DNA from: a virus
Taxonomy: Duplodnaviria > Heunggongvirae > Uroviricota > Caudoviricetes
Strand: one strand, 5' to 3'
Length of the DNA stretch: 64,000 bases
Virus record (IMG/VR): IMGVR_UViG_3300028914_000001
Location: 253,489-317,488 of that record
The notes beneath the pieces were generated by a model, which saw only the letters and a list, made by a program, of their open reading frames with translations, made no database searches and was not told where the DNA came from. This document shows positions 47,055 through 56,927 of the stretch, piece after piece. A program made the position numbers and the translations under genes. How positions within the stretch are numbered: the stretch's first letter is position 1; each line of letters starts with the position of its first letter.

Positions 47055-50000
47055 TTACACATAAAGTGAAGTGGTCTGAGTGTTGCTAGAACCATTGGAC
47101 TCAACAATAGTTCTCAGTGTAATCCAGCGAGAGGTCTTGGTCGGCTTCAAGCGGAGGTCAACGTGCAACTCGTTCCTGTCGATAACGTCAGGGGTGTTGT
47201 TCGTGTCGTCGCAGATAGCCGTACCTGAGTACAAACCAGCCGGGTTAGAGTTCATGATTGCATCCAACTGAGCCTGCAAATCGGACTGAATGTTCGTACG
47301 CAGGTTGGTCGTATTCAACTGGAAGACCTTCCTATCGAGGTAGTGATAGAACATCTTGTGAATACCAGCCAAGAGCATAGCGACATGAATCTGGTCGAAT
47401 GCAGAGCTTTCCTTCTGCATCGTGAAGTCGCCCCAGATGAACATTCCACGGCTGTTGAAACGAGTCGGGTTGACCCTGATTTCAGTCAAACGGGCAATGT
47501 TGGAATCCGTGTCTTCAGGATACTTGAAGGTTCTCGGATACTTTTCGGTTACACCCCATTCAGTCGGGATGACAGCGTTGATTTCACCAGCAGGCGGCAA
47601 CCACCAGATACCGTTGGCAGCGTTTGCCGTGATGATGGAAGCGAGCTGTACGGACTTCACCACTTCCACATTCATGAGCGTGTAGTAGCTGTCGAAGAAT
47701 ACGCCACGACCATCATAGATAGCACCCCAGCGTCCCTTCACTCCGAAGCCTTGTGCGCCAATCATCTTCTTGAGGGTTGTCTCGATGTTGGCTTCGCCTA
47801 CGCCGTCAAGGATAGCGAAGCAGTCCTTACGGAGTTCGCAAACATTGAGGATTGCGGAAATGACCGTACCATCGAGAACCTCACGGTTCTTCTTGAACAG
47901 GTTCTTGACACCAGTACCAGCACCGATGAGCATCGACACGTCCGTGCCGTCCTTGTCAAGGAACAGGTTCCATGCGTTGGACAGGGTTGCCGAGTCGCTG
48001 TTGTTGGCTGGCGTGTATTCCCAGATTGCGTCGTTGATGATGGCCGGGTCACGTTCATCGTAGGAAAGCATCGTGGAGACAGAGTCGAGATGACCGTTCT
48101 CAACGCTCTGAGACAAGTCGTAAGCGTTGTTCGTGAGGAAGTTGTCGAGGATGCCGCTGTCGTTGATGAGGAGCCTTGCACCGCTGTCCGTGAGAACAGA
48201 GTCGGCCACGTCACCAATGTAGAGGTTTCCGTCATCATGCACGTAAGGCACGATGGTTCCTTCCATCTCGTAGGTCTTGCCGTTGAAGTGGTAGGTGATG
48301 TAGAGGTACATCCTTGCGATGGCCTCGCCTTCCGCAGAAAGCACATACACCTGCTTTGCAACGCCGTTGAAGTTCACATCTTCATACTTGACGGATGCAA
48401 GACCCATTGCGTTGAACGAAGCACCGATTTCGTCGCTCACGAGGAGCTTGTCGGTACGCTGGACAACACCGTCGTTGTATGTCGTGTAATCAAACGTGAG
48501 TATTCCGTCATCGTTTGCGAGGAACTTGTTTTCCTGTACGCTTGCCGGAACCGTCAGGTCGTATGCCCCGAGCATGTTGAACGTAAGCCCGTCCTTACCA
48601 GATGTCCAGATGTTGGCATTGGATGCCGTCAGGTCGACGAGCTTCCATGTGCTGTTTGTACCGAACTTCTTGATATTGAGCTCATCGTCATATTCGACTG
48701 TGTTGGCGTGGCTCAGGATAACGATGTCCTTGAATGTATTTATGTTCTGAACGACATAAACATCGTTCTTGTCGAAGTATTTCGGGTCGGCTGGCTTGTT
48801 GGACTTCTGCCTTACGAATGCTACAAGGTCGCCAATGTTGTACTGCGTAGCAGTTCCAAACGGGACTTGCACACCGAATGTTGATGTCGTGTTGTACTTT
48901 GTCCTGTCGGCAATGTCAGAGAGTTGAGTAACATTGTTTCCAAGGTAGGTGTTGATTGCGAATCCTTCCTTGTTGAATGCAGCGAGAATATTATTCGTCG
49001 TTGCAGTGAGGTTGATTATCTTACCTCCAAGAGAGGTGTTGTCGGCAACTTCCTCACCGTTCTTTCCAGTGATAGTTATTGCACCAGAACCAGTCACTGC
49101 GGTGACGTAATATTCCTTCTTACCGTCGGTGTCTAGCTGGATGATGTCGTCGGCAGATACCGTACCTACTTCAACCATTCCACGAGTCTGCAATTCGGAA
49201 GGCTTGCCCGTTAGGTCCTCTGGGAACACGAGCGTAACGACGTACTGGGTCGTTGTCGTTGTCACCTTGTAAGTAACTGACTTGGTGACCGTAGCGCCTT
49301 GCTGTGGAGCACTTTCAGCAGCAACCTGGTAGGTCAATACCCATTTGTTGTTGGTGGTGTCGACGGATATTTCTGCACCAGACACTACTGGATTGCTTGC
49401 GTTTTCGGGGATAGTTGCGCTTGCCGTAACTGTTCTAGGGTCTCCTGTCTCACTCACCGAATCAACAGTAAATTCTACATCATGAGGAGTTGTGTTTTCT
49501 ACAGTATTGCTCTCGACCTCTGGTCCAGATACTTTAACGCCAACGTATTCTTTGGTCGTTTCTTCAGTACCATCAGTGAAGGTTGCTACAACGGAGTCAT
49601 CAGCATTAATTGACTTCATGAAGTTTTTGGCTTCATTCTCAGTATCAAACGATGCGATGAGTTCGTTATCGAATTCTTCGGACGCTTCGACGTTATCGAG
49701 TACCACGGTGTTCAATATCTTCGGTCGATTGGTATTGACATTCAACGTAACAATCTTTGCAGATGCGTCGCATGTTTCCGTTCCAATAGAAGATATTTCG
49801 TAAGCACTGAATTGCTCCACTTCGCTCTCTACGGTAGCGTCCAAGGTGACTCTTGCTACACCTTCGAGCGTAACCGATTCGACCGTACCTGTAACCGTCT
49901 TCGTGATGGTTTCCTCATCAACAGTAACTTGGTATGTAAACGTGATGATATCACCCGCTTCGATGACAGCTTCTTCTGGCGTAAATGTAAGAACCTTGCC

Positions 50001-51143
50001 TTCGATTCCGCTGGTATTAACTGTTTCCTTGGTTTTAAGTCCAAAGATACGGGTAACCTTGATGTTGCCATCTGGTTCCCTCAACAGGATTTCGGAGCCC
50101 ATCTTGACATTAGCAAAATCGACTTCGCCAGTTTCCGTCTTGATGTAGTTCATCTCGCCGTACTTCTTTACAGCACGGTTAGCAACAGCTGTCTTGACTT
50201 CGAGGTAGTCTACACCAGTTGTCGCATCGTCGTTATTGCAGAAGAATGTTGCCGTAGTGTTGGTTAGTGACGGGATGTTCTCCTGCTCGGTCTCGTACTC
50301 GGCGACAACCTGTGTATCCAGAATCTTGTTGACGGTTGCGTACACACCCTTCTCGCTATCAACGAAGTTTGAAGCAGGGAAGTAGATTACGTCGCCAACG
50401 CTGAATGCAGGAACGGAGTCGCAAACGAGTGTTACAAGCTTCTTGTTTTCTCCGCCGATGTCTTTTCGTACGGTTGCCGTGTAACGGTCTGCTGCACGCT
50501 TTGCCGCAGTCGGGTCGCTGTTGACGAGAGCGAAGAGCACCACGTTGGTGTCGGAACGCACATCAGACGGCTTGCCTTCCTCGTTGAACTCTTCACCAGC
50601 GGTAAGCTGGAAGTCCACATTGGAGTTCTCTGCTATGGTTTCCTGAATGGTGTTAATCTTGCGCTTACCGCCAAAACCAGCGAATCCGTCAGCGATATAA
50701 CGAGTAGCGGCGAAGTGACGGATATCGAAGGATGTGTGAATCACTTCGGTCTTGTTCTCAGCCCTGCTACGAGAATTGTCGTAGTAGTCATCTTTCGCAG
50801 CGTTGCGGTCGAAAGCCACGACGAAAGCGTCGGACTTCAAGTCGGACTTGCGAACGTCGGTCTTTTCCACCTGTTCGCCGTATGGACGAACGAAGTGTAC
50901 GTGGCCGCCGTTGTTAAGCACGGCACGGGTAGCGTACATACCCATGTTCCACTTGGCCTGGTTAAAGCCGAGGCCGAGGATTGAATCCTGGTTCGCCGTA
51001 TTGGTGATTTTCAGGATTTTGTTAAATTCGCCCTTGGGTGAGTAGCCGACAACACCGCCGATTAGAGCCGGATTGTCAATGAAAGAATAACCTGAACGGT
51101 CTTCAATCTTGATGGCCACGCCTGGACTTCCTTTTCTAGCCAT
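47055..51143 (-). CDS. Tail sheath protein (gp18-like) with large insertions
   Basis: SPGVAIKIEDRS N-terminus; RKDCFAILD, WLPPAG, VNP...IWG..T and CDDTNNTPDVIDRNEL...LKP; start reassigned to 51143. Confidence 0.92.
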   Translation of the reverse strand: MARKGSPGVAIKIEDRSGYSFIDNPALIGGVVGYSPKGEFNKILKITNTANQDSILGLGFNQAKWNMGMYATRAVLNNGGHVHFVRPYGEQVEKTDVRKSDLKSDAFVVAFDRNAAKDDYYDNSRSRAENKTEVIHTSFDIRHFAATRYIADGFAGFGGKRKINTIQETIAENSNVDFQLTAGEEFNEEGKPSDVRSDTNVVLFALVNSDPTAAKRAADRYTATVRKDIGGENKKLVTLVCDSVPAFSVGDVIYFPASNFVDSEKGVYATVNKILDTQVVAEYETEQENIPSLTNTTATFFCNNDDATTGVDYLEVKTAVANRAVKKYGEMNYIKTETGEVDFANVKMGSEILLREPDGNIKVTRIFGLKTKETVNTSGIEGKVLTFTPEEAVIEAGDIITFTYQVTVDEETITKTVTGTVESVTLEGVARVTLDATVESEVEQFSAYEISSIGTETCDASAKIVTLNVNTNRPKILNTVVLDNVEASEEFDNELIASFDTENEAKNFMKSINADDSVVATFTDGTEETTKEYVGVKVSGPEVESNTVENTTPHDVEFTVDSVSETGDPRTVTASATIPENASNPVVSGAEISVDTTNNKWVLTYQVAAESAPQQGATVTKSVTYKVTTTTTQYVVTLVFPEDLTGKPSELQTRGMVEVGTVSADDIIQLDTDGKKEYYVTAVTGSGAITITGKNGEEVADNTSLGGKIINLTATTNNILAAFNKEGFAINTYLGNNVTQLSDIADRTKYNTTSTFGVQVPFGTATQYNIGDLVAFVRQKSNKPADPKYFDKNDVYVVQNINTFKDIVILSHANTVEYDDELNIKKFGTNSTWKLVDLTASNANIWTSGKDGLTFNMLGAYDLTVPASVQENKFLANDDGILTFDYTTYNDGVVQRTDKLLVSDEIGASFNAMGLASVKYEDVNFNGVAKQVYVLSAEGEAIARMYLYITYHFNGKTYEMEGTIVPYVHDDGNLYIGDVADSVLTDSGARLLINDSGILDNFLTNNAYDLSQSVENGHLDSVSTMLSYDERDPAIINDAIWEYTPANNSDSATLSNAWNLFLDKDGTDVSMLIGAGTGVKNLFKKNREVLDGTVISAILNVCELRKDCFAILDGVGEANIETTLKKMIGAQGFGVKGRWGAIYDGRGVFFDSYYTLMNVEVVKSVQLASIITANAANGIWWLPPAGEINAVIPTEWGVTEKYPRTFKYPEDTDSNIARLTEIRVNPTRFNSRGMFIWGDFTMQKESSAFDQIHVAMLLAGIHKMFYHYLDRKVFQLNTTNLRTNIQSDLQAQLDAIMNSNPAGLYSGTAICDDTNNTPDVIDRNELHVDLRLKPTKTSRWITLRTIVESNGSSNTQTTSLYV

Positions 51144-51174
51144 AATACCCTCTATTTGGTCATTACTCATCATA

Positions 51175-51254
51175 AAGTTTATGTAGTGGCCACAATTTTG
51201 AAAAAAAATCCGAAAATTGACCCTTGCCGAGGGTGGGTTGCAAAATGTATTTTA
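51175..51254. promoter_or_regulatory. Divergent control region: late-like CATAAACTT (minus) and TTGCCG..AAAATGTATTTTA (plus)
   Basis: AAGTTTATG at 51175-51183; TTGCCG at 51224-51229; 13-mer at 51242-51254. Confidence 0.55.
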
Positions 51255-51275
51255 ATGGTAAAATATGGGTGCAAT

Positions 51276-51563
51276 ATGCAGAGAATCACTACACAGTTAT
51301 ACAGGATAGCCAAATTTATAGGCATTTTGGGCATATTCAAGGACTTCTTCGGCGATGAAGTCAAGCTGTCTAAACTCTACCGTGTTCTTATGGGCGCTTT
51401 GATAGCGTATATCGTGGGCAGGACTGCCTACATGTCGTACCGGGTGTTCAAGAACGGGTATGTAAAGGAGATTCAGCGTCGTGTGGACGACGATGACGAA
51501 GGTGGCGATTATGGAAATTACGGAGACAATGAAGGCGATGCTCCGTTCCCCGAAGAAGAGTAA
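51276..51563 (+). CDS. Small membrane protein with acidic tail
   Basis: Hydrophobic segments; start reassigned downstream of the promoter. Confidence 0.5.
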   Translation: MQRITTQLYRIAKFIGILGIFKDFFGDEVKLSKLYRVLMGALIAYIVGRTAYMSYRVFKNGYVKEIQRRVDDDDEGGDYGNYGDNEGDAPFPEEE

Positions 51564-51572
51564 GGTGCAAGT

Positions 51573-53159
51573 ATGAGTAGTAACAACGAGACTCCAAAAC
51601 CACTGATTAAAGTAGATTTTAAGACTCTTGACGAATGGAAGAAGTTCGGATGGAAGGAAAAGCTTGGCTGGGTACGTCATGTATTCCGTGACAATGTCGG
51701 TAACATCAAGGGCATAATCAGCGACAACCTGAATGACCTGTTTGATGTCCTTCATGCGGCATCCAGCCGTGGCACGATATACAGGAAGATGGTGGACCTG
51801 GGCAAAATCACTATGTCTTCGACCAAGTTCCTGTCTGGCCTTGAGGAAATCCTTACGAAGGAAACCCGTATCGCAAGTACGCAGTACGACTATATCCTTA
51901 AATGGGTCCATTGCCAGTCTATTGACGACTTGTTCATCAACGATGCCAGCATCAACTCGGATATCGTGAGAACATTCGCTGAGAACATCAAGAAGATTTC
52001 CGAGAGCGGGGCGTTTAAAATCAAGAAGATGGAGTACGACCCGAAGTCGAAAAGCAATGGGCACGACGTGTCTGTGAACTACCTCCTCGAATACACTGGT
52101 GACGTTCGGGATGCTGTGGGCATGGAAATTTTCGTCCACTGTGCATACTTCAATACTACGGACAATGCGGCAAAGTCGGTCAACCTTTCTTCGAAGGGTT
52201 CGTTCCTGGTTGCAGTCAACATGGTCGGAAGCAACGCCCCGTATATTGACAAGATTGAAAACAACGGTGACGGGCTGTTTATTGTCTACCATTCTATGCT
52301 CATGGTGGCGCTGCAGAACTATGTCAAGAGCCTTGATGTCAGCAACAATTATGTGAAGCTCGACCCGTACGGAGACCTTAGGGCCACGTCCAGACGCCTC
52401 GTCCCGTTCAATATCGACAACTTCGACAAGGACTCCATCATCACCGAGATGAAGAGGTGTCTCGAACAGGGTAAGCGCCGTGGATACATGTTCATGGGTG
52501 ACCCCGGCACTGGCAAGACCGAGTCAATCCAGAAGCTGCTTGAACAGTTTACCGACATTCCTGTGTTCTGGGTGGACAGCTCGTCGCTAAGTTCCTATAC
52601 GGCGATTCATGACGTGTTCAAGACACTGCATTACTTCCCGAAGTCAATCTGTGTTTTTGACGATATCGACGCCTTGGACCTCACGGCCAAGTCTGACAAG
52701 ACTACCGCCTTTATCGAATGCATGGATTGCAAGGATGACAGCCTTGCCTACAACGGAATTGTCATCATGACGGTCAACGAGCCGACCCGAGTCCATTCTT
52801 CAATCAAGTCTAGGCCGGGTCGTATCGACAAGATTATATACATCAAGAACCCTGAGTCCATCGACAGCGTATTCGATGTCATCACTCAGAGGTATGTCAG
52901 GGCGGACCACGAGATGCCGTCCAAGTTCAGCATGAAGAACAAGAAGTTCGTGGCATGCATGCAGAAATGCATCGACGCCAACTTCACTCACGCCCACATC
53001 GCCGGAATCATCGATGACATCATCTATCTTTCCGAGACGAAGGGCGACGCTCTCATCAAGGAACTTTCAAAGAGAATCGACGACCGCATCATGTCCATCA
53101 AGTACGCCAACATGAAGACTAAGAACGGTTATTTCGAGAAGGGGAGCCTTTCGGACTAA
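51573..53159 (+). CDS. AAA+ ATPase
   Basis: GDPGTGKT, VFDDID, MTVN, RPGRIDK. Confidence 0.85.
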   Translation: MSSNNETPKPLIKVDFKTLDEWKKFGWKEKLGWVRHVFRDNVGNIKGIISDNLNDLFDVLHAASSRGTIYRKMVDLGKITMSSTKFLSGLEEILTKETRIASTQYDYILKWVHCQSIDDLFINDASINSDIVRTFAENIKKISESGAFKIKKMEYDPKSKSNGHDVSVNYLLEYTGDVRDAVGMEIFVHCAYFNTTDNAAKSVNLSSKGSFLVAVNMVGSNAPYIDKIENNGDGLFIVYHSMLMVALQNYVKSLDVSNNYVKLDPYGDLRATSRRLVPFNIDNFDKDSIITEMKRCLEQGKRRGYMFMGDPGTGKTESIQKLLEQFTDIPVFWVDSSSLSSYTAIHDVFKTLHYFPKSICVFDDIDALDLTAKSDKTTAFIECMDCKDDSLAYNGIVIMTVNEPTRVHSSIKSRPGRIDKIIYIKNPESIDSVFDVITQRYVRADHEMPSKFSMKNKKFVACMQKCIDANFTHAHIAGIIDDIIYLSETKGDALIKELSKRIDDRIMSIKYANMKTKNGYFEKGSLSD

Positions 53160-53164
53160 AACAT

Positions 53165-53191
53165 AGAACCTAGTTATTTAACTAGGTTTTT
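53165..53191 (+). terminator. Intrinsic terminator
   Basis: AACCTAGTTA/TAACTAGGTT followed by TTT. Confidence 0.65.
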
Positions 53192-53251
53192 GCTATGTTC
53201 TGACGGCATTAAACATTCATCAAAAAATGTGGATACTTGTGGGAAAAGGTC

Positions 53252-53260
53252 TATAAACTA
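53252..53260 (+). promoter_or_regulatory. TATAAACTA motif upstream of nrdD
   Basis: Perfect motif 23 nt before the ATG. Confidence 0.6.
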
Positions 53261-53283
53261 CAAGCACACATTAAGGAATCTGT

Positions 53284-56046
53284 ATGATTAAGTACGTAAT
53301 TAAAAGAGATGGCCGACGTGCCAAATTTAATCCAGTTAAAATTTCTGACGCAATCACGAGTGCTTTCCTCGACAAGGAGATGCAGGTCGGGAAGAGGGAA
53401 CTAGAAAATCTGACCGACAAGGTCTGTGACAAGATTGAAGCCTCTACGGACAAGCCGACGGTTAGCGTCGAGACTATCCAGGACATCGTTGAAGATGTAC
53501 TCATGTCCAAGGACAAGTACAAGGAAGTTGCCAAGGCTTACATCCTTTACCGGGCGGAAAGAACCCGCAAGCGTGAATCCAAGAGCAAGATTATCAGCAC
53601 CATTCAGGAAATCAAGGCTGCCGACCTCAAAAGTTCCAACATCCTCCGTGACAACGCAAATGAATCTGGTTGCACTCCCGCAGGAGCATACGGAAAAATC
53701 GCATCAGAGACCAACAAGACTTACAACTTGCTCAATGTCGTGGACCGTAACATCGCCGAGCTCCATTCCAAGGGCTACATGCACATCCATGACCTGAACC
53801 TTTACGACCTCACTTTCAACTGTCTTTTTGCCCCAATCGGGAAGCTGCTGGAAAAGGGCTTCGACTCTGGTACGGGCTTCATCCGTGCCCCCAAGTCAAT
53901 CCAGTCTGCCGCATCTATCACCGCCGTAATCCTGCAGCTTCAATCTAACCAGCAGTTCGGTGGCATCGCTTCCGCAAACCTCGACTTCGAACTCGCCCCC
54001 TATGTGGACATGTCCTTCAAGAAGAATCTTGCGTGGATTATCGCTTCCGAAAAGGTGTTGGGCGAAAGAAGTCTCGGTTTCGAGTCCTTCGATGACATCG
54101 ACAATGCAGAAATCGAGAAGGAAATCAAGAAGGAAGCTCACGCTATCCGCAGCCAGATGGCTAAGGACGGCCTCAGCCTCGACCAGCCGTTCAAGGATGT
54201 CGTCGCAAAGTACGACCGCAAGGCTGTCGTTCAGGCTTACATCAAGACCAAGGACGATACCTACCAGGCGATGGAAGGTCTCGTACACAACCTCAACTCA
54301 TTGCAGTCCCGCTCTGGCAACCAGGTTCCGTTCAGCAGCTTGAACTTTGGCCTTGACACTTCCCGTTGCGGTCGTCTCGTTTCGAGCAACCTTATCGCAG
54401 CACAGATGGCAGGCCTCGGCGACGGACTTACAGCAATCTTCCCGATTCTTATCTTCAAGTACATGAAGGGTGTCACCTATCTCCCGGACGACCCGAACTA
54501 CGATTTGAGGAAGTCTGGTATCGCATGTCTCGCCCGCCGCTTCTACCCGAACGGTGTCGCAGTTGACAACGAGTTCAACGCCCCGTACATCCGCTACGAA
54601 TACAACGACGATTTCAAGCTTACCGATGACACCATTGTCAAGAAGATTGGTAGCGACCGTGTTGCCAAGTATAGTGAAGTCGCTTCCGAAAACGATGTCT
54701 ATCCTCGCTGGGAAGTCCTTGTTGACGGCAAGTACTGGCAGATTTGTAAGGGCCGTCTCCAACGCATCATTCCTGAAAGCACGGTTTCCACGATGGGCTG
54801 CCGCACCCGTGTTATCGGCAACGTGAATGGCCCGGAACAGACTGTTGGCCGTGGCAACCTTGCGTTCCACACACTTAACCTCCCGAAGCTCGCAGTCGAG
54901 GCTCATATCGAGGCTACGACGGAAGCTGACCGCATCAAGCTCTTCAACGAGAAGCTTGACCGTATGCTCGTTGTCGCAAAGAAGTCCCTTGAAGACCGTT
55001 TCGAAGTTATCGCAAAGAAGACGTACGAGAACTTCCCGTTCACGATGCAACAGGGCCTGTATCTCACGTCCGACGACAAGGTTCACGACATTCATGACAC
55101 CATCGCAGAAGTTCTCCGTCAGGGTACTCTCTCCATCGGTTACATCGGCGTTTACGAAGCTGTTCTCGCACTCACGGGCAAGACCTGGGGCAAGGACGAG
55201 GAAGTGTTCGATGTCGGTTACAACATGATTAAGCGTATCCGTGACTTCTGTGACAAGACCCAGAAGGAAACCCACATGAACTGGAGCTGCTTTGCAACTC
55301 CTGCAGAAGCCGTCTGTGGAAGGTTCTGCAACATCGACATGCATCAGTTCATGAGGAACGCCGCACTCGAAGGTGAATTGTTCACGAAGGAAAGTTACGA
55401 TATTGAGGATGCAAATGCTTGCATTTCCGTAAGGAATGTCGCTACGAAGAACAAGGTGTCGATTCCTTATCCTGAACTTCTCGAAAACAAGTCTGCCTAT
55501 GTTGACAAGTACGAATATTGTCATGATGGAAAGTGGGGTATCATCGACTCCATCAGCAAGCAGAAGATTGGCGTCAAGTATTGGACCGACTTCGGTTACC
55601 ACATGTGGGGCAAGGGCTACCTGACCAACTCCCATATGCTTCCGTTCAGCTTGAAGACCACGCTTGCAAACAAAATCAAGTGGGAAGCTCCGTTCCACAA
55701 GATTACCAACGCTGGGCACATCTTCTACCACAAGATGGATGGCGACCTCAGCAAGAACCTCGAAGGTGTCGAACAGGCGATGAACGCAATGTACGAGGGA
55801 GGCATGGGTTACTTCACGGTGACCATGGATTCCGATACGTGCATCGCTCCGCAGCCTAATGGAAAACCGTGCGGATTCCACGGTGTAATCAATGGCCGTT
55901 GCCCGAAGTGCGGTAATATGTTGGAAAAATATATCATTCGTGTAAGAAGAATAACAGGTTATCTTACGGGCGCCCCGCAGAAGTCGATATTTGACGCCTG
56001 GAACCAGGGTAAGATAAATGAATGGGGTGACCGAGTGAACATTTAA
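53284..56046 (+). CDS. nrdD: Anaerobic ribonucleoside-triphosphate reductase (class III) with ATP cone
   Basis: VIKRDGR ATP cone, HIHDL, MGCRT, GRGNL, TPAE, YLTNS, CPKCG and RRITGYL glycyl-radical loop. Confidence 0.95.
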   Translation: MIKYVIKRDGRRAKFNPVKISDAITSAFLDKEMQVGKRELENLTDKVCDKIEASTDKPTVSVETIQDIVEDVLMSKDKYKEVAKAYILYRAERTRKRESKSKIISTIQEIKAADLKSSNILRDNANESGCTPAGAYGKIASETNKTYNLLNVVDRNIAELHSKGYMHIHDLNLYDLTFNCLFAPIGKLLEKGFDSGTGFIRAPKSIQSAASITAVILQLQSNQQFGGIASANLDFELAPYVDMSFKKNLAWIIASEKVLGERSLGFESFDDIDNAEIEKEIKKEAHAIRSQMAKDGLSLDQPFKDVVAKYDRKAVVQAYIKTKDDTYQAMEGLVHNLNSLQSRSGNQVPFSSLNFGLDTSRCGRLVSSNLIAAQMAGLGDGLTAIFPILIFKYMKGVTYLPDDPNYDLRKSGIACLARRFYPNGVAVDNEFNAPYIRYEYNDDFKLTDDTIVKKIGSDRVAKYSEVASENDVYPRWEVLVDGKYWQICKGRLQRIIPESTVSTMGCRTRVIGNVNGPEQTVGRGNLAFHTLNLPKLAVEAHIEATTEADRIKLFNEKLDRMLVVAKKSLEDRFEVIAKKTYENFPFTMQQGLYLTSDDKVHDIHDTIAEVLRQGTLSIGYIGVYEAVLALTGKTWGKDEEVFDVGYNMIKRIRDFCDKTQKETHMNWSCFATPAEAVCGRFCNIDMHQFMRNAALEGELFTKESYDIEDANACISVRNVATKNKVSIPYPELLENKSAYVDKYEYCHDGKWGIIDSISKQKIGVKYWTDFGYHMWGKGYLTNSHMLPFSLKTTLANKIKWEAPFHKITNAGHIFYHKMDGDLSKNLEGVEQAMNAMYEGGMGYFTVTMDSDTCIAPQPNGKPCGFHGVINGRCPKCGNMLEKYIIRVRRITGYLTGAPQKSIFDAWNQGKINEWGDRVNI

Positions 56047-56065
56047 TGTATAACTCAATAATAAC

Positions 56066-56098
56066 AAAGCCGTTTGAACTTAGTTTCAAACGGCTTTT
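56066..56098. terminator. Bidirectional intrinsic terminator
   Basis: AAAGCCGTTTGAA...TTCAAACGGCTTT between convergent genes. Confidence 0.8.
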
Positions 56099-56117
56099 CT
56101 GTATATTCTAGTAAACT

Positions 56118-56885
56118 TTATTTGCTAGTATATGGAAGGTCATCGTTTTTCCATTCAGTTTTAAACCTATGCACATCACGCATGATTCTCCAGGCACATT
56201 GCTCTGGTTCGATTACGCTATCCATTCCAGCATTGTTATCTTCTTGACCCTCCGTGCCGTAGAAAACAGCTTTTACGTCTGCTGCGTCAGGGCCGTTCAT
56301 TGGGTCAAAACTGTACAGGACTTCCTCTTTCTCTTCTGGGCTCACATCATCAAGGAAGTCGATTAAAGATGCGTAGCGTATTCCGCTGAGATGTGTTGAA
56401 TAATTGTCATCAGGGGGCTCGTCCATTCCATGGTTTGGATAAATGAAGCCCAAGCAGACGGTCTTGTACCATACAGTGCATTCGTGTTTTTCATCGTCAT
56501 ATTCCACCGTTACGTCATCATTTCCGCTACGGGATGCGAGTAACTGGTTTATGTGTCTGGCCAAGTTGGATAGTGACCTGTCTCGTACTTCATTGCTGTC
56601 AGCGTCCCAGTCTCCGTTCTTAAACAACCACTCGTTTCTTTGTTTCATGATATGCGGGTGGTCATGATACTCCATCGTCTTTTTAAAGAGAGGGTCTTCA
56701 TGAAACGGCTTGCTATCTAATGGAAAGAATGCATAGCCAGCACCAGTTCCTTCCATAATGGATTTTTCGCTCGCTTCGCACAATACATTGAAACCTTCTT
56801 TTAGTGCAGGCAGTGCGTTCATGCAGTTGAACTTTCGGCATACTCCTTCAAGGAACGCATTCATGGTCTTCTGATATTCTTTCAT
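56118..56885 (-). CDS. Late protein with shared N-terminal leader
   Basis: 255 aa; TATAAACTA at 56919-56927 (minus); NAFLEG...NVLCEAS. Confidence 0.6.
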   Translation of the reverse strand: MKEYQKTMNAFLEGVCRKFNCMNALPALKEGFNVLCEASEKSIMEGTGAGYAFFPLDSKPFHEDPLFKKTMEYHDHPHIMKQRNEWLFKNGDWDADSNEVRDRSLSNLARHINQLLASRSGNDDVTVEYDDEKHECTVWYKTVCLGFIYPNHGMDEPPDDNYSTHLSGIRYASLIDFLDDVSPEEKEEVLYSFDPMNGPDAADVKAVFYGTEGQEDNNAGMDSVIEPEQCAWRIMRDVHRFKTEWKNDDLPYTSK

Positions 56886-56918
56886 AACACTTACTCCGAG
56901 TGTTTGACTTTATACCAG

Positions 56919-56927
56919 TAGTTTATA
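56919..56927 (-). promoter_or_regulatory. Putative late promoter TATAAACTA
   Basis: TAGTTTATA on the plus strand, upstream of 56885. Confidence 0.7.

Noticed and set aside
53284-56046. Intein or group I intron in nrdD or terL
   Set aside because: Frames are continuous; the insertions lack C...HN-C/S/T ends and homing endonuclease motifs.
54298-56067. 589-aa antisense ORF opposite nrdD, and similar ones at 47343-48884, 40765-41883, 39005-40093, 8470-9591 and 51297-52292
   Set aside because: Shadow frames expected from strong codon bias in the real gene; no motifs or clear RBS.
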